From Eledone cirrhosa (lineage: Eukaryota), in the NCBI GenBank assembly GCA_964016885.1, contig OZ024752.1, positions 1,550,001 to 1,614,000 of the forward strand: DNA of 64,000 nucleotides, written 5' to 3'. Positions 1 to 13,681 of the stretch are shown here, piece after piece (the first letter of the stretch is position 1; every line of letters begins with the position of its first letter). The notes under the pieces were generated by a model, which was given only the letters and a program-made list of their open reading frames with translations, was not told the DNA's origin and ran no database searches. Made by a program: the position numbers and the translations under genes.

Positions 1-2
1 CC

Positions 3-73
<71 letters not shown>

Positions 74-76
<3 letters not shown>

Positions 77-490
77 GGAGGTGAGTTTTATTGTAGTACA
101 ATAAAGCAATGCAGATATCGGATAAGAAGCACTCTACAGTTTGTAGGACTGGAGTATGCATAATATAAGATCAAAAGATGGTTAAAGGAGTTCCATGTAT
201 TTTATTATGCGCATTTCAAAAACAAACATCATCATGCAATAATATTTGTGTTTTCATCAGATAAAACAGGAGAACATGATATGAAGGCTAAAAAACACTT
301 GTGGATAGTGCAGTTTTAAATCAACATAATATGTTGATTTAAAGCTGCACTATCCACGAGTGTTTTTTAGCCTTCATATCATGTTCTCCTGTTTTATCTG
401 ATGAAAACACAAATATTATTGCATGATGATGTTTGTTTTTGAAATGCGCATAATAAAATACATGGAACTCCTTTAACCATCTTTTGATCT

Positions 491-497
<7 letters not shown>
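74..497 (-). mobile_element. Non-coding palindromic hammerhead-containing element (PLE pLTR/retrozyme-like) between (TA)n tracts
   Basis: Near-perfect inverted repeat 161-497 centred at ~329 (tcaacata/atgttga); a hammerhead motif in each arm; flanked by (TA)n at 1-73 and ~495-527. Confidence 0.75.
392..458 (+). ncRNA. Minimal type I hammerhead ribozyme motif (mirror copy on - strand at 200-266)
   Basis: ttttat-CTGATGA-aaaca...tgttttt-GAAA-tgcgca(palindrome)-TA-ataaaa: stem I, core, stem II, palindromic stem III and a UH site. Confidence 0.8.
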
Positions 498-530
<33 letters not shown>

Positions 531-797
531 GTTTGCTTGGAGCATTGTTGAATAAGAAATATGAATTTAAATAATTTTTAAAACCATACACTGTATTAGA
601 AAATTAAAATTGTCAAGATAACAATAGTATCGTACCTTAGCAAATTTAATAATACCAATATATTTATATATATATATATATAACAATAATGGGAGTAAAA
701 TCGAAGATGCATCATCGGCTCGCATCCCAAGAAAGAACAGACCGAGCTGAGGATCCGCACTCTTTCTCGGTATATTTAACTAACTGTTGTGGAACTA

Positions 798-855
<58 letters not shown>

Positions 856-1147
856 GTGTATGTGTTACTTTAATTAACAAAAGGGATGATCAAATTATAT
901 ACACCGAGAAAATATTGCGAAAAGACCTTTTAATTATATAGTCCGATCCTTAATCGAAACGATATACCAAATTTTTAATAATATCCATTCGTCGGTTACA
1001 TAAGTAATTCTATAATAAATAGTTATGTGTAGCGCATCGTATGTTGAATAGACAGTATTTTTATTTTACTGTGGTCAAAATGTATGACAGAATATTCTCC
1101 GCATTTATTTAGGCCGTTGCATTAATCTTTATACAACTTTATACAAA

Positions 1148-1333
1148 GGGCGGTGGATTGGCAGTATCGGTAGAGAGTCGGACGCCATGTTTTCCAGCAT
1201 AGTTACGTCGCTTTACGGTCTGAGTTCAAATCCCGCCGAGGTTAACTTTGCCTTTCATCCTTACGGGGTCGATAAAATAAAGTACCAGTAATGTACTGGG
1301 TAATTGCTGGCCTTGTGCCAAAAAGTAGAAACA
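1148..1333 (+). mobile_element. tRNA-derived SINE
   Basis: A-box-like TGGCAGTATCGG, B-box GAGTTCAAATCCC, central gcctttcatccttacggggtcgataaaataaagtacc block; 18-bp TSD attaatctttatacaact (1121-1138 / 1334-1351); multiple copies in the window. Confidence 0.9.
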
Positions 1334-2793
1334 ATTAATCTTTATACAACTCTTGCTATGGCAGCATCCTTTTCGTCTTAGAGTTTCTAAGATACGCTGT
1401 GCTATACATACATGTTCAATAATAACTTTTAAATATATATGTATATTATGTAAATAAGGTTATTTCCCTTGCTGCTGTTGTGTTGTTTTCAAGCTTCACT
1501 TGTTAGCATCCATTACATGAAAATCCAAAATCGAATTTACATAAACGATATCCACATGGAATTCGTTCTTAGAGCATCATCTCAAATTAAATATATATGC
1601 TTCACAGATTAATAATTAATTCCATGAGATCCCCCTTTTAGATCTGAAAAATAAATTCTTTTACAAAGCGAGGACCCGGTGGCTCTTCTTTTAGTCCATG
1701 CATATTTATTAATGGTTTAATGTGTCTAGTTATGTGTGTGTGAAGTGCTTTTATCTCTGTTTCCATAAATAGAATTCCTCTATATACATACAACACAGTG
1801 CAACCTGTCAATGATTCGACGATCGGCGACGAAACTAACACCTTGCAAAGGACGATGAATAGGTGGATATATGAATATGTTTCCTTCATTTTCATAACGG
1901 CATATGCGCTATGTCGTTTATAAAATTGAAAGTTGATATTCTAAATCCTCATCACAAAGTATTTGTACGGAAATGCTATTTACGATCATGTACATAAATA
2001 TAATTTTTTATGAAGTAGTTAATGTGTAGTTGTCTCCCTGTTTCTAATGATTTAAGTATACTTGGTTCTAATCTTTGAAAAGAGGTAATTTTAATTTCCA
2101 TATATCGTTCCACTACGGTCAATTCCTTTTGTGAAATATATGAAATAACAATTACAATATATACATTCAGGTAAATATAGTATAATAAGTGGCTCCTATA
2201 TGATTACGAATATTGTAAATTTTGTTACATTTATTGTTTAAAATGTATTTACTCATTTGTAGCTTATCAAATAACAAATGAATTCAAACGGCATAATGTG
2301 TTCCAATATCTTTGGTTATTAATCTAAATGGCATATAATGCAATAATTCGTATATATATATTAATGTACGACAAACGATTTCTTAATGGGACAATCATTT
2401 AATGAATGACGTGGACTAGAGCATTATCTAATATTGGGGTGTGTCACTCGTGCTATTTAATATATTAAGTTGAATTTCACATTCTAGCATGTTGAAAGGC
2501 GATGGCAAAAGAAAACTAAGTACACAGAATAAGTAAGTACACAGAATATTGCACACAATCAAGCCCACCAAATCACACACGAATGCACACATGATGGCTG
2601 ACCGCCAGAAACATACAAATCAAATAAACATACGCTCCAAAAAGCAGGAAAAATGCAAAAGAAATGTAAATAAATACGTATAAATACATTTATGTACAAA
2701 CTAGATTCGAGCATTAAAACGAATATGATTTACTGAGTGAACAATACATTCTATAGTTGTTTCTATTTCGGAAAGAGTGTGGTGTGTAATAAT

Positions 2794-2853
2794 TGTTTCT
2801 ACTTTTGGCACAAGGCCAGCAAGTATTCTAGTGCATTACTGGTACTTTATTTT
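2794..2853 (-). mobile_element. 3' fragment of the same SINE
   Basis: Matches the SINE tail in reverse; flanked by near-identical gtgt(g/t)gtgtgtaataat direct repeats (~2777-2793 / ~2857-2873). Confidence 0.75.
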
Positions 2854-2883
2854 AACGTGTTGTGTGTAATAATATCACTTCAA

Positions 2884-5800
2884 ATGCCTAGAAAACGTTC
2901 CATATCATTATATGGAAGGTCATCTTCAGAGGCTAAGAGAAAGAAAACACAGCGATCTGAAGAAAGTGAAGAAGTTCGGCATGCCCGTCTAGCTGCTAAC
3001 AGAGCCCAAATCAGTTTTAGCACGAGCACACCATTTGGATGAAAGGGAACAAAGGACTGCTGCTACACGAGAACAACAAATTAAGGAACAGCAGCAAATT
3101 AGACGAAATGCTAATCAAGCACATCGTTCTATTGCCTGGACAGAAGAACAAGCGACAAGTAAAATGAACTGACTGATGGGTGCTTTTTCTTATGACCCCC
3201 AAAAGGACTACAGCAGTAATCCGCAAATAAACATTGGAAAAATGAAGAAATGCTGCCAATATTGTGGTGCCAAGAGGTGGGCAGCAGAAACACCAAGTCT
3301 ATGCTGCTCAAAAGATAAAGTGAATCTTAAAACAATACAAAAACCTCCTGAATTTCTGAAGAATCTTCTCCTTCAGCATACACCAGAAGCACGACACTTC
3401 AATAAATACATCATAACATATAATTCTGCCTTTCAAATAACATCTTTTGGAGCTGACAGGAATGTGACTGACTTTAGATTCTGTACAACTTATAAAATTC
3501 AGGGACAGTGTTACCACTTAATGGGTGCCCTTCTGCCACTTTCACAGGAGCCTCACAAATTTGTGCAGGTTTACTTCATTGGTGAAAATGAAACACAGGC
3601 GCAACAAAGATGTACCAATGGCCATGGTGGATTGCAGTTTTACATAGTCATAAAGTTACGAGAAATGCTTCACTAAGATCACATGTACGTCAGTGTGTTT
3701 AAATATGCACTGGAGCATATGAACAACACCAGATCGTAAAATCATCATTAGGGCAGACAAACGCCCAGCTTCAGTACATGAACGCAGATTCAATGCACCT
3801 GTCACTGATGAAGTTGCAATCATTATGTTTGATGAACAGCATGAACGACGTGACATTGTTTTGCAAAAACGAAGTTGACATTAGGAGCGAATTTGTGAAA
3901 CACATAGAGCCTATGATTCCCTCCAATATCCGCTCTTCTTTTGGAATTGTCAAGATGGATATCATTTTCAGCTACGGCAGATCAGCCCAGGAACAGGACA
4001 AGAGACTGGCTGATCAATCAGCTGCAAAGAATTCTATGTTTATCATTTCATGGTACGAGATCACTTTAATTAAGTTCTGCGATTCAAAGAAGTAACCAAC
4101 CAGTTCATGGTGGACATGTATGCCAAAATTGAAACAGAAATATTGGGTTTTCTGCGAAGGAATCAAACTAGGTTGAGGGCACATAACTACATCCACCTTA
4201 GAGATGCTGTCAGTTCTAATGTTGACCCAAGAAATATTGACCAGCCAGTCATACTACCATCAAACTTCACGGGAGGACCACGTTACATGCATGTACATAT
4301 ATGAACGTACGCAAGATGCAATGGCCTATGTCAGAAAATTTGGTCGGCCAGATCTCTTCATTATATTTAGGGCGGTGAATTGGCAGTATCGGTAGAGGGT
4401 TGGACGCCATGCTTTCTAGCATAGTTACGTCCCTTTACAGTCTGAGTTCAAATCCCGCCGAGGTTAACTTTGGCTTTCATTCTTACGGGGTCTATAAAAT
4501 AAAGTACCAGTAATGTACTGGTTAATTGCTGACCTTGTGCCGTAAGTAGAAACAATTATATTTACATGCAATTCAAACTGGTCAGAAATATCAAATGAAT
4601 TATTTCAAAATCAAAACCAAAGGATCAACATGACCTCATTGCTCGGGTTTTCCATGAGAAGCAAAAAAAAAAAAACTCACCTGACTCCTAAAAGAAGGAA
4701 GTATCTTTGGTGAGCTTAGTGCTTGGATGACCACTATTGAGTGGCAGAAGAGAGGTCTTCCTGACTCTCACACACTAATCTGGTGCAAGGAGAAGATAAG
4801 ACCAGATGATGTTGATAAGATCAGTTTCAGCAGAGTTTTCTAATAAATGTGGTGATCCAGAGCTCTTTGAACCCATCAAGTCCAAACTCATTCATGGTAC
4901 ATGTGGAGTCATCTATCCAGCCTCTCCCTGCACGTACTATCAAAAATGCAGCAAACATTATCCTAGAGCTTTTATTTGGGAAGCTCGGACCGACAATAAT
5001 GGATACTCCATTTATCGTAGGCGTAGATCAGAACATGGAGGTAATACTGCAAGCCTAACAGTTCGAGGAGAGTCGCTGACCATAAACAATCAGTGGGCCG
5101 TCCCACACAACAAACTGTTGTGTAAACTTTTAAAAGCTCATATCAATGTACAGTATTGCAGCTCCGTCAAGGCAATCCTATATGTCACAAAATATATCAA
5201 CAAGGGCAGTGACATGGCTACCTTTATTACTGACAAAGAACTCAATGATGGTGGGCTGGACGAGGTCAAACAGTATCAAACAGGTCGATACATGTCCAGC
5301 AATGAAGCTATCTGTCGAGTCTTTGGATTTGATATCCACCAAGGCCAACCAACAGTGATCAACCTCGCAGTCCATCTGGAAAATGGACAGAGAGTGTACT
5401 TCACTAAGATAACTGCTCATCAGTTGGCACAAGCATCACATGACTCTACACTAACTGCTTTCTTTAAACTCTGCCAGAATGATGAATTTGCTCGATCCCT
5501 CCTATATGCTTAAGTCCCAACATACTACACGTGGACCAATTGCAAGACCTGGAATCGAAGAAAGCAGGGTCATTTAGTGGAAGGTCATGAAGTCAAGTCA
5601 AGTGATGCTATTGGACGTGTTTACAATGTCCATCCCAACAACAGAGAATGTTATAATTTACGGCTACTTCTGCATACTGTTCGAGGACCATCGTCATTTA
5701 AGCATCTTAGGTACTTCCGAGGAAGGGAGTCTGCAACATACCAAAAAGCATGTAAACAGCATGGACACCTGCATAACAATGGACAATGGAAGAAGTGCCT

Positions 5801-7430
5801 AGAAGAAGCAACAATCACTCAAGTAGCCAGTCAAATTAGACAATTATTTGCTATTATGCTCACAGCATGTGGAATTGATGAAGCTCATCTACTCTGGCAG
5901 GAGTACAAAAAAATATATATATCGGACGACTATCTACACCTAGCCCGAAGATATCATGGCAATATGTATATGGAATATACCACCAGGATTTACAATCAAG
6001 CTCTCTGCGATCTGTCCCATCGAGTTCAGGCAATGAATAGCACATTAGCTAACTGCAGGATGCCAGAGCCAGATGAAGAAATGGAGGTAGCACAATACAT
6101 TTTCAGGAGACAAACTCCGATATTCAAGCATTGCGTAAGTTTGTGGATGAAAATGAACCTCAATTGATGGATGACCAGAAATACGCCTACCACAACATCA
6201 TCAAAAACATTCAAAATGACAGGGGAGGACTTTTCTTCATCGATGCTCCTGTTGGCACTGGCAAGACATTCCTCATAAACCTCCTGCTTGCAAAAGTTCG
6301 CCAAAAGCCACATATGGCCCTTGCTGTGGCTTCAAGTGGAATTACAGCAACACTTCGGGATGGAGGAAGAACTGCACACTCCATGTTAAGCTGCCCATAT
6401 ATCTTACACGGCATGAACAATCTTTTTGCAACATCAAGAAGAACCCACCCAAGAGCAAGCTTCTGCAAACATGCAAGATGATAATTTGGGTTGAAGCTAC
6501 TATGAGCCATAAAGGAGCAATTGAAGCTTTGAACCGGATGATAAGGGATCTGAGAGAAAATAGTTGCATAACGGGAGGCGTAACAATGGTTCTTGCTGGT
6601 GATTTCAGACAAACTCTGCCTGTAATTCTTCGAGGGACTCGAGCTGATCAGGTCAATGCTGTCTGAAAACATCCTATCTCTGGCCCCACTTTCAGCTGCT
6701 GAAGCTTACAACCAACATGCGTGTGCACTTAATTGGTGACGAAGGTGTCAGTGAGTTTGCCATCCAACCACTTAAATTGGGAAATGGACTTCTTGAAAAG
6801 GACTCCAATGACCATATTCAGTTGTCATTTGGCCATATCATTGACACAGAACAAGAACTGACTGCCAGAGTGTTTCCAAACATTCAGACCAGGCAATGTG
6901 ATCCAAAATGGCCCTATGAACGAGTAATCTTAGCACCTAAAAATGTTTCTGTGAAAGAAATCAACAGAAGGCTGCTGGAGTTGTTACCGGGAGAGAAAAT
7001 ATGCTACAAATCAGTTGACACAATCACTTCTCAAGACCAGGTTGTAAACTATCAAACTGAATTTTTGAACAGTCTTGAACGAGCGAGAATTCCTCCGCAC
7101 AACCTGATACTGAAGCTTGGAGCATCGGTTATGCTACTTCGAAATCTGGATCCTCCAAAACTTTGTAATGGCACAAGACTCATCATCAAAAATATGATGT
7201 CCAATGTTCTAGAAGTTGCAATCATGTCAGGAAAATTTGCTGGTGACAATTGTTTCATTCCCAGAATACCTCTGAAGCCAAATGATTTACCATTTGAATT
7301 TCAAAGACTTCAATTTCCGATCAGGCTAAGTTTTGCCATAACCATTAATAAATCACAAGGGCAATCATTGAAAGTCGTTGGGTTGAATCTGGCAGATCCT
7401 GTCTTTTCACATGGTAAACCCTATGTTGGC
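2884..7430 (+). pseudogene. Helitron RepHel (HUH Rep + PIF1-like helicase), disrupted by frameshifts, stops and a SINE
   Basis: N-terminal MPRKRS...; CQYCGAKRW..E...CC zinc motif; YNSAFQITSFG; GGPRYM; GRPDLFIIFTCN; EWQKRGLPDSH; YVTKY; Walker A DAPVGTGKT; GDFRQTLPV; ILAPKN; CNGTRL; QFPIRLSFAITINKSQGQS; VFSHG. Confidence 0.95.
4370..4554 (+). mobile_element. tRNA-derived SINE inserted in the Helitron Rep region
   Basis: Same family as 1148-1333; 10-bp TSD attatattta (4360-4369 / 4555-4564); removal restores PDLFIIFTCNSNW. Confidence 0.92.
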
Positions 7431-8003
7431 ACAAGAGAGAGTGAGGGGAGAGAGAGAGAACGTTTGTTTTTGAGTGTGGAACGGTCAAATATATATTTAC
7501 TTTAATGAGAAAGAGAACTTATTACATTTCATACGAAACAACAATTATTCAAAAGCAACAGATAAATTTATTCAACAACAAAAAAAAATAGCGATAAATG
7601 CTTTTTAAAACATCTATCAACGAACGTGGAAGAAAGAAGTATCAGTTCATTTACTATACACAATAATATCCTCTATGAGGTCACTAAACCTGCTAGAAAC
7701 AGCAGCTAACTCTCCCCCATATCACACCACTCCCTACTGTCTTAAATTTAGAAAACATACATTAGACAACCATGCAGAACAACTCCATCGCAACTCTGTT
7801 GTTCGGCTGGCATCGTCTACGCCCGTGTTGCGGAAGTACTGTGAAACAATAAATTCCAACACTTCTTTGCACAGAGATAATATCCATAGGCGAAACTACA
7901 ATTGCCACCGCTGGCGCAGCTCTGCTTCAGCAGTCCAGGTCTGCACAGACAAAAAAGTGCTGCCAAAAAATGGGTGGTGCAACCTAACTTTGGTAACTTA
8001 CTA

Positions 8004-8033
8004 ACCCCGAGCAACGCCGGGCCTTAATGCTAG
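8004..8033 (+). terminator. Helitron 3' end: subterminal GC hairpin plus CTAG
   Basis: cccgagcaacgccggg hairpin, 8 nt spacer, then CTAG followed by T. Confidence 0.85.
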
Positions 8034-8035
8034 TT

Positions 8036-8361
8036 ATCTATAAAAGGCAGATTGTTGTGTGTGTGTATGTGCCTGTTCCATGTTTATATTCGATAAAACT
8101 ACATACATGCTGCAACTTTCTGTGATGAAGGGGAGTAGAGAGAGGTAATCTGATTGTATTAGAGAAGTAAAGCGTCATGTATTTAGTTTTATTGATTATT
8201 TCCATAATTGAGTTTGAGATAAATAGTCGTTGACCTAAGGTCAACCATTTACAACATTCGTACAGACATTGAGTCGAATCGGTTTGAAATTGTGCAAATG
8301 TATAAACATGGAACATGCACACACACACAACAACAGCAACAGCAATCTGCCTTTTATAGAT
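8036..8361. mobile_element. Two inverted Helitron-like 5' head sequences
   Basis: atctataaaaggcagattgttg...ttccatgtttata at 8036 (+) and the same head in reverse ending at ~8361; resembles non-autonomous Helitron 5' ends. Confidence 0.5.
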
Positions 8362-8364
8362 AAT

Positions 8365-8538
8365 TGTTTCTACGTTAGGCACAAGGCCAGCAATAAGCCA
8401 GTGCATTACTGGTACTTTATTTTATCGACCCCGTAAGGATGAACGGCAAAGTCAACCTCGGCGGGATTTGAACTCAGACTGTAAAGGGACGTAACTCTGC
8501 TGGAAAGCATGGCGTCCGACCCTCTACCGATACTGCCA
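8365..8538 (-). mobile_element. tRNA-derived SINE
   Basis: Reverse complement of the 1148 family; 9-bp TSD atagataat (8356-8364 / 8539-8547). Confidence 0.88.
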
Positions 8539-8552
8539 ATAGATAATGATAT

Positions 8553-8677
8553 ATATATTGTTATGCTTTGGGAGGGTCATGTTGCCAATTGGCAACATGA
8601 CCCCACCAGAGCATAATAATATCGGTTTCAACACACGTTTTCAGATAAAGAATCTTGCTAATCAAATTCAGAAACGA

Positions 8678-8678
<1 letters not shown>
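8553..8678. repeat. Short snap-back repeat element, same family as 26053-26270
   Basis: Hairpin ...gggtcatgttgccaattggcaacatgaccc... followed by a tail (atcggtttcaacac...ttcagaaacg) shared with 26215-26270; TA-flanked. Confidence 0.65.
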
Positions 8679-8730
<52 letters not shown>

Positions 8731-8778
8731 TGGACTGAGTGCTCTACCACTACGGATATCACTTTCCATTATATCTAC

Positions 8779-8844
<66 letters not shown>

Positions 8845-8848
<4 letters not shown>

Positions 8849-9425
8849 AGTATGTATACATACATACATATATGTATACAGACGTACAGTAGTATGTATA
8901 TATATACATACATGCACAAATATAGATATATGTACGTATGGATTTACGGAACATTTATTATAATGATCGGATTGTTTGTAAACAAACAGCCCGAATTATT
9001 AGCCGTACAGTCTTCGGCAACCATCGCTGCCCTTTTGTTCAACACTGACAAAGGAACGATGAACTACCTTCTAGCTTATTAGTTGTCATCAGCACCGTAT
9101 ATATTCCTGTCAGTCGATTGAACGTTTGAAAGTATATACTTTCAAACGTTCAATCGACTGACAGGAAGGTATACGGTGCTGATGACAGCTAATAAACTAG
9201 AAACTAGTTTATCGTTCCTTTGTCAGTGTTGAACAAAAGGACAGCGATGGTTGCCGAACACTGTACGGTTAAAAAATCGGGCTGTTTGTTTACAAATAAA
9301 CCGAGCATTATAATAAATGTTCCGTAAATCCATACGTACATATATATATGTGTGCATGTATGTATGTATATACATTCTACTGTACGTCTGTATACATATA
9401 TGTATGTACATATACATACTTATAT
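8845..9425 (+). mobile_element. ~580-bp palindromic hammerhead-containing element next to (TA)n
   Basis: Inverted arms centred at 9135/9136 (aagtatatactt); arms moderately diverged. Confidence 0.8.
9173..9215 (+). ncRNA. Type I hammerhead ribozyme motif
   Basis: acggtg-CTGATGA-cagctaataaacta-GAAA-ctag-TT-tatcgt; the mirror arm has catcgt, which pairs better in stem I. Stem II is weak. Confidence 0.65.
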
Positions 9426-9940
9426 TTAAGTATCAGCCGATTGGTCGATTAGGAGCTGTTGATAATGGTAGATTTGTTGGTGGAGTTTATTTCTCCGGTG
9501 ACACAAATTTTTGCTTTATTAGGCAATGATGACGGAATTTCTAATGTTATTGCTGAAATATTGTGTTTTTGTCACTATCTGTTTTATTGTTTCTGGCAAA
9601 TTCTGACTCGTATTTTCAATTGCATGCAAACGAGTTGCAGGCAACATGTCACCACCGTGTTCACTGTAGTTGTAATTCTAGGAGTTGATGTTATCTTAGT
9701 TAATTGTTGTTGTTATTAATTGTTGTTTATATTATATTTGCTGTTGTGGTCCTAGTGTTTGTTGTGAGAAAGAAAATGTCCTCGACGAAGGCGCTAACAG
9801 CATATGATTTGGGGATATTTGATTCCTATAATATGAAGCCGTCTCCTGAGATTTCTGCCACAAAGCAAATAATTCTGTGCATAACTGTGGTGAATTATAA
9901 GCTAGCAAAACACACGTTCAAAAATATATGAATATTCGTT

Positions 9941-10018
<78 letters not shown>

Positions 10019-10029
10019 CATATATATAT

Positions 10030-10640
10030 TACAAAAGAGAAGTAAGGTTGTATACAAAACAGTGGATATAGAGAAAAGGTGAAGTTGGAAATAGCACGGA
10101 AAATATATTTAAGAGTCTGTTTTTTCTTTTTTTATCCTTTCTTTGATTCGTCGAAGTGACATTATTGAAAAAAATGAGAGGAACAATTCTTTTAAAATAG
10201 AGTTTTATAATGTATATAAAGTATATAAAGTGTTACCGGTTTCGATGTATTATTAAAATTTATCTTATGAAATGTTGAGTATTGAAATATAAAATTAAAA
10301 GGAGTTAAAAACAAAAAATTAAAGATTTAAAATTAAAATCAAATGTTGGAGTAAGTTCTTTTCCCATCTTTCTTGCACAACATGTGGCTAGAGAATGAGT
10401 TCTTGTTAATAGAGAGGTGGTAGTGAAGACGGCAGCAGCTATGTTTCTTCACAAAAGAAAGTTGTCTTTTGAGGGCCAAATGAAAAATCCTGTAAATATG
10501 TGTGTGTAAATCTGGTTGTGTTAATTGACTGGTCAAGAGTTCAAAAGGGGATGGGGAATTGTAAGTAAGAAGTAAATCCCTATTTTTAAATTCTTATAAT
10601 TTATCTTTTAACCATAATGAATATGAAAGAAATGCGTAAA
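10030..10640 (-). mobile_element. Penelope-like element 3' end / pLTR, same family as 39140-39470
   Basis: 10030-10280 aligns in reverse with ~39230-39470 (tatacaaaacag..atagagaaaaggtg..gcacggaaaat..gacattattgaaaaaa..accggttt). Confidence 0.6.
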
Positions 10641-10654
10641 TGATGGGACATTAT

Positions 10655-11049
10655 TTAAAATTTGATATGGGTGCAATCATTCGTCAACAGCTTCTCAAGC
10701 TGCCCTGGAACCACATCAACTGATTTCACCAGTGGGATGGAAGACGTAACTTCTCGTATTCTTTCTTCAGGTTCTTCCAAAGTCGTTGCTTTTGTAGAGT
10801 AGACTTGCTCCTTTAACCCACCCCAAAGAAAAAGGTCGCAGCGTGTTAAGTCAGAGCTTCTGGATGGCCACTCATGTGGACCACGACCACCCATCCATCT
10901 CCTAGGGAAGTGGGCATTCAGCCGTTCACGAACAATAATATCAAAATCAAATCTTCAATATTCTCCCAAGTACTGGTCGCATTTCATCTTGCACCAAGGT
11001 GAGGTATCTTTCGGCATTCAATAGGGAGTTAATTTCCAATCACCCTGTA
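10655..11049 (-). mobile_element. Tc1/mariner transposase C-terminal fragment with one TIR end
   Basis: WPSRSSDLTRCDLFLWGGLKEQVY matches the WPPRSPDLTPCDFFLWG motif; TA-CAGGGTG terminus at ~11041-11049 on the - strand. Confidence 0.8.
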
Positions 11050-12633
11050 TATATATTATAATGAGCGGGGCACAATGGTTGAGCCCTTGCCGTTCCAACA
11101 ACTAGTTCCAGCATCTGAAACAAAAATCAGTTTGAAATTCAGTCAACAAAATACAATCAGGTATTTCTATATTGTGCACGACATTTACTAGATCTACAAA
11201 CTTTTATATAATAACTTGAGTCTTTACGTGAGCCATATTAAGTCATGACGTGCAAAACATTTAATCACATCATATCATGAATTTCTTTCAACTTGGTAAG
11301 AACTACTAAATAAAGAATCATTCCTATGAAGGATCCATATAGATTAACGATCTCTCTTTTTCTTTCAAATAATTTGTTATTATAATCTGCCTCACTATAA
11401 GATGTACCATTTATCAACCAAATAATAAATAATTTATTTTAACTAATATAAACATTAAACTTTAAAATGACTCCATTTGTTATTAAAAAAAAGTCACAAA
11501 ACCCTCTGGTAAAAACTTTTAGATTTTTTTTTTACGATTTAAGTATAGATACCGGAAAATATATTGAGCAATTATAATAATTTTATGGTGAAATTTCTTC
11601 ATCAGAGCATTCTACTTTTACTTTAATTGACATTCTCATGCAACTAAATTCAATGTGCAGATGAGAGAGTTGTACAGTTTTAACATGAAATATATTATAC
11701 GTACACAAAATTGCATGTAGAAATAAATGAAACAAAAACTAAATTCACTTTTTAATATTTCTCTAAGACAGATTAAATCATGAATTTTATAGTCAAAATC
11801 GATGTACTTGAAGTATTAGTCAGTGCATTTTGCTTTGAGTGAGGCTATGAATATCATTATAGTATAAATATAATATATTAGATTTGGAAATAAATATCGT
11901 TTCTAATAAAAGCAACAGCTCTAGTCACGCAAATAATTAATGTTCCATAATGTGCTGACAGCAAAAAGTATGTATACATTTCTCAATATATATTTCTTCT
12001 AATGCGTATATCAACCCCATTTACAAAACCTTGATTATCATTACTTGATCTTGGAAGTTTAAACGGGCATATGTCAGATTATTTCGGACAGGTCGATTTC
12101 TTATACCGAGTTGGTACATGTTCATACGTCGCGCATTTACAAAAAAAAAACAGTTACATAAAACGTGATTATAACGGAGGAAATATTATAGTAGAAGGCG
12201 GCTGATGTAGTTACAGTATGCAAGTAGACAATATGAATTCTACTGAATTTCACAATTGCGTTCATAGTTATGAATAATATTATTGTAAACGTATAGAATA
12301 ACTGCTGTTCTTCTACAACGTGGTTCTCATTAAATGTTATATGTATTCATAAATTGGCCATGCGTGTTGATAGCCCCTATAGTTCATGCATACAAATACA
12401 GTGCAAACGAAACCAGGAAAACGAAACTCATGATCAAAGGAACACATACATTCGATTGTATGAGATAGGGATTTTCCGGATCATATTTGTTTTTGCTTAA
12501 ATTGAGTAAATACATACATGTATACTAAACCATTGTTTAAACCAATGTTATATTACTGTTTCTGCAATCACTATTCTAATAATGTACTATTGTACCCTTA
12601 TATCAAGCATGTGGATGCAATGTTCGGAAGCGT

Positions 12634-12731
<98 letters not shown>

Positions 12732-12734
12732 CTG

Positions 12735-12788
<54 letters not shown>

Positions 12789-12790
12789 TG

Positions 12791-12911
<121 letters not shown>

Positions 12912-13405
12912 GGAGAGATAGATAGAGAGGGGAGGGAGAGAGAGAGAAAGAGAGTGAGAGAGGGAGAAAGACAGAGATTACTTTACGGAACTTGTGGTCG
13001 AAATCCGTTCAACTCCGGCCTTCCCTTATTCACTCAATGATATTACAAGATTTGCATGTTAATAAACACAACTTAGTTATTAGTAAATACACGACCACAA
13101 GTGGGTAATGATTTTTGTGCAACAATCTGTTCATAATAGTTACAAATGCAATTGTTATTCACAGTATTTAAATAGTATCTGCTCCTCCTCAAACGGAAAG
13201 GTTTATCTAAACGACTCAAACAAGTCCAAACCTGTCTATCATTAACTTGCAGAAACGCAGTTATACATTACTTCTCTTAAAGTTGAGGTCGGTCAAAAAC
13301 TGACTGTTTTGAAAAGACAAGGGGTTAAAAATTCAAAAGCTCAATATAAGCCACATTTCTCAACTACCCTCAACTACCCTATATATATATATATATATAT
13401 ATCTA

Positions 13406-13672
13406 AGGCGGGTAAAATTCCCGAGATCCATGGACGAGTTCTCTCCAGCGGTCTCTGCCCCTCATTATCACTGCCATGTCCTGCGTCTACAACAGACCAG
13501 TGTCTGTCCTTAGGGCATCAACATACGTTTACCTTCGTCTTCCTCTCTAGTGTGTCCATGTAGGGGCTCCCACAGGAGCACTGAGTGCAATGTCAACTCT
13601 GGATGTCGGTGAGCATGTCCAGCTAACCTCAGTCTCCTCTGTGTCACTTTTGAGCTGATTTTGGGATGTCCC
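13406..13672 (-). mobile_element. RTE-like LINE 3' fragment
   Basis: KVTQRRLRLAGHAHRHPEL...VLLWEP.HG is typical of RTE C-termini; second copy at 34990-35411. Confidence 0.75.
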
Positions 13673-13681
13673 CATATATAT

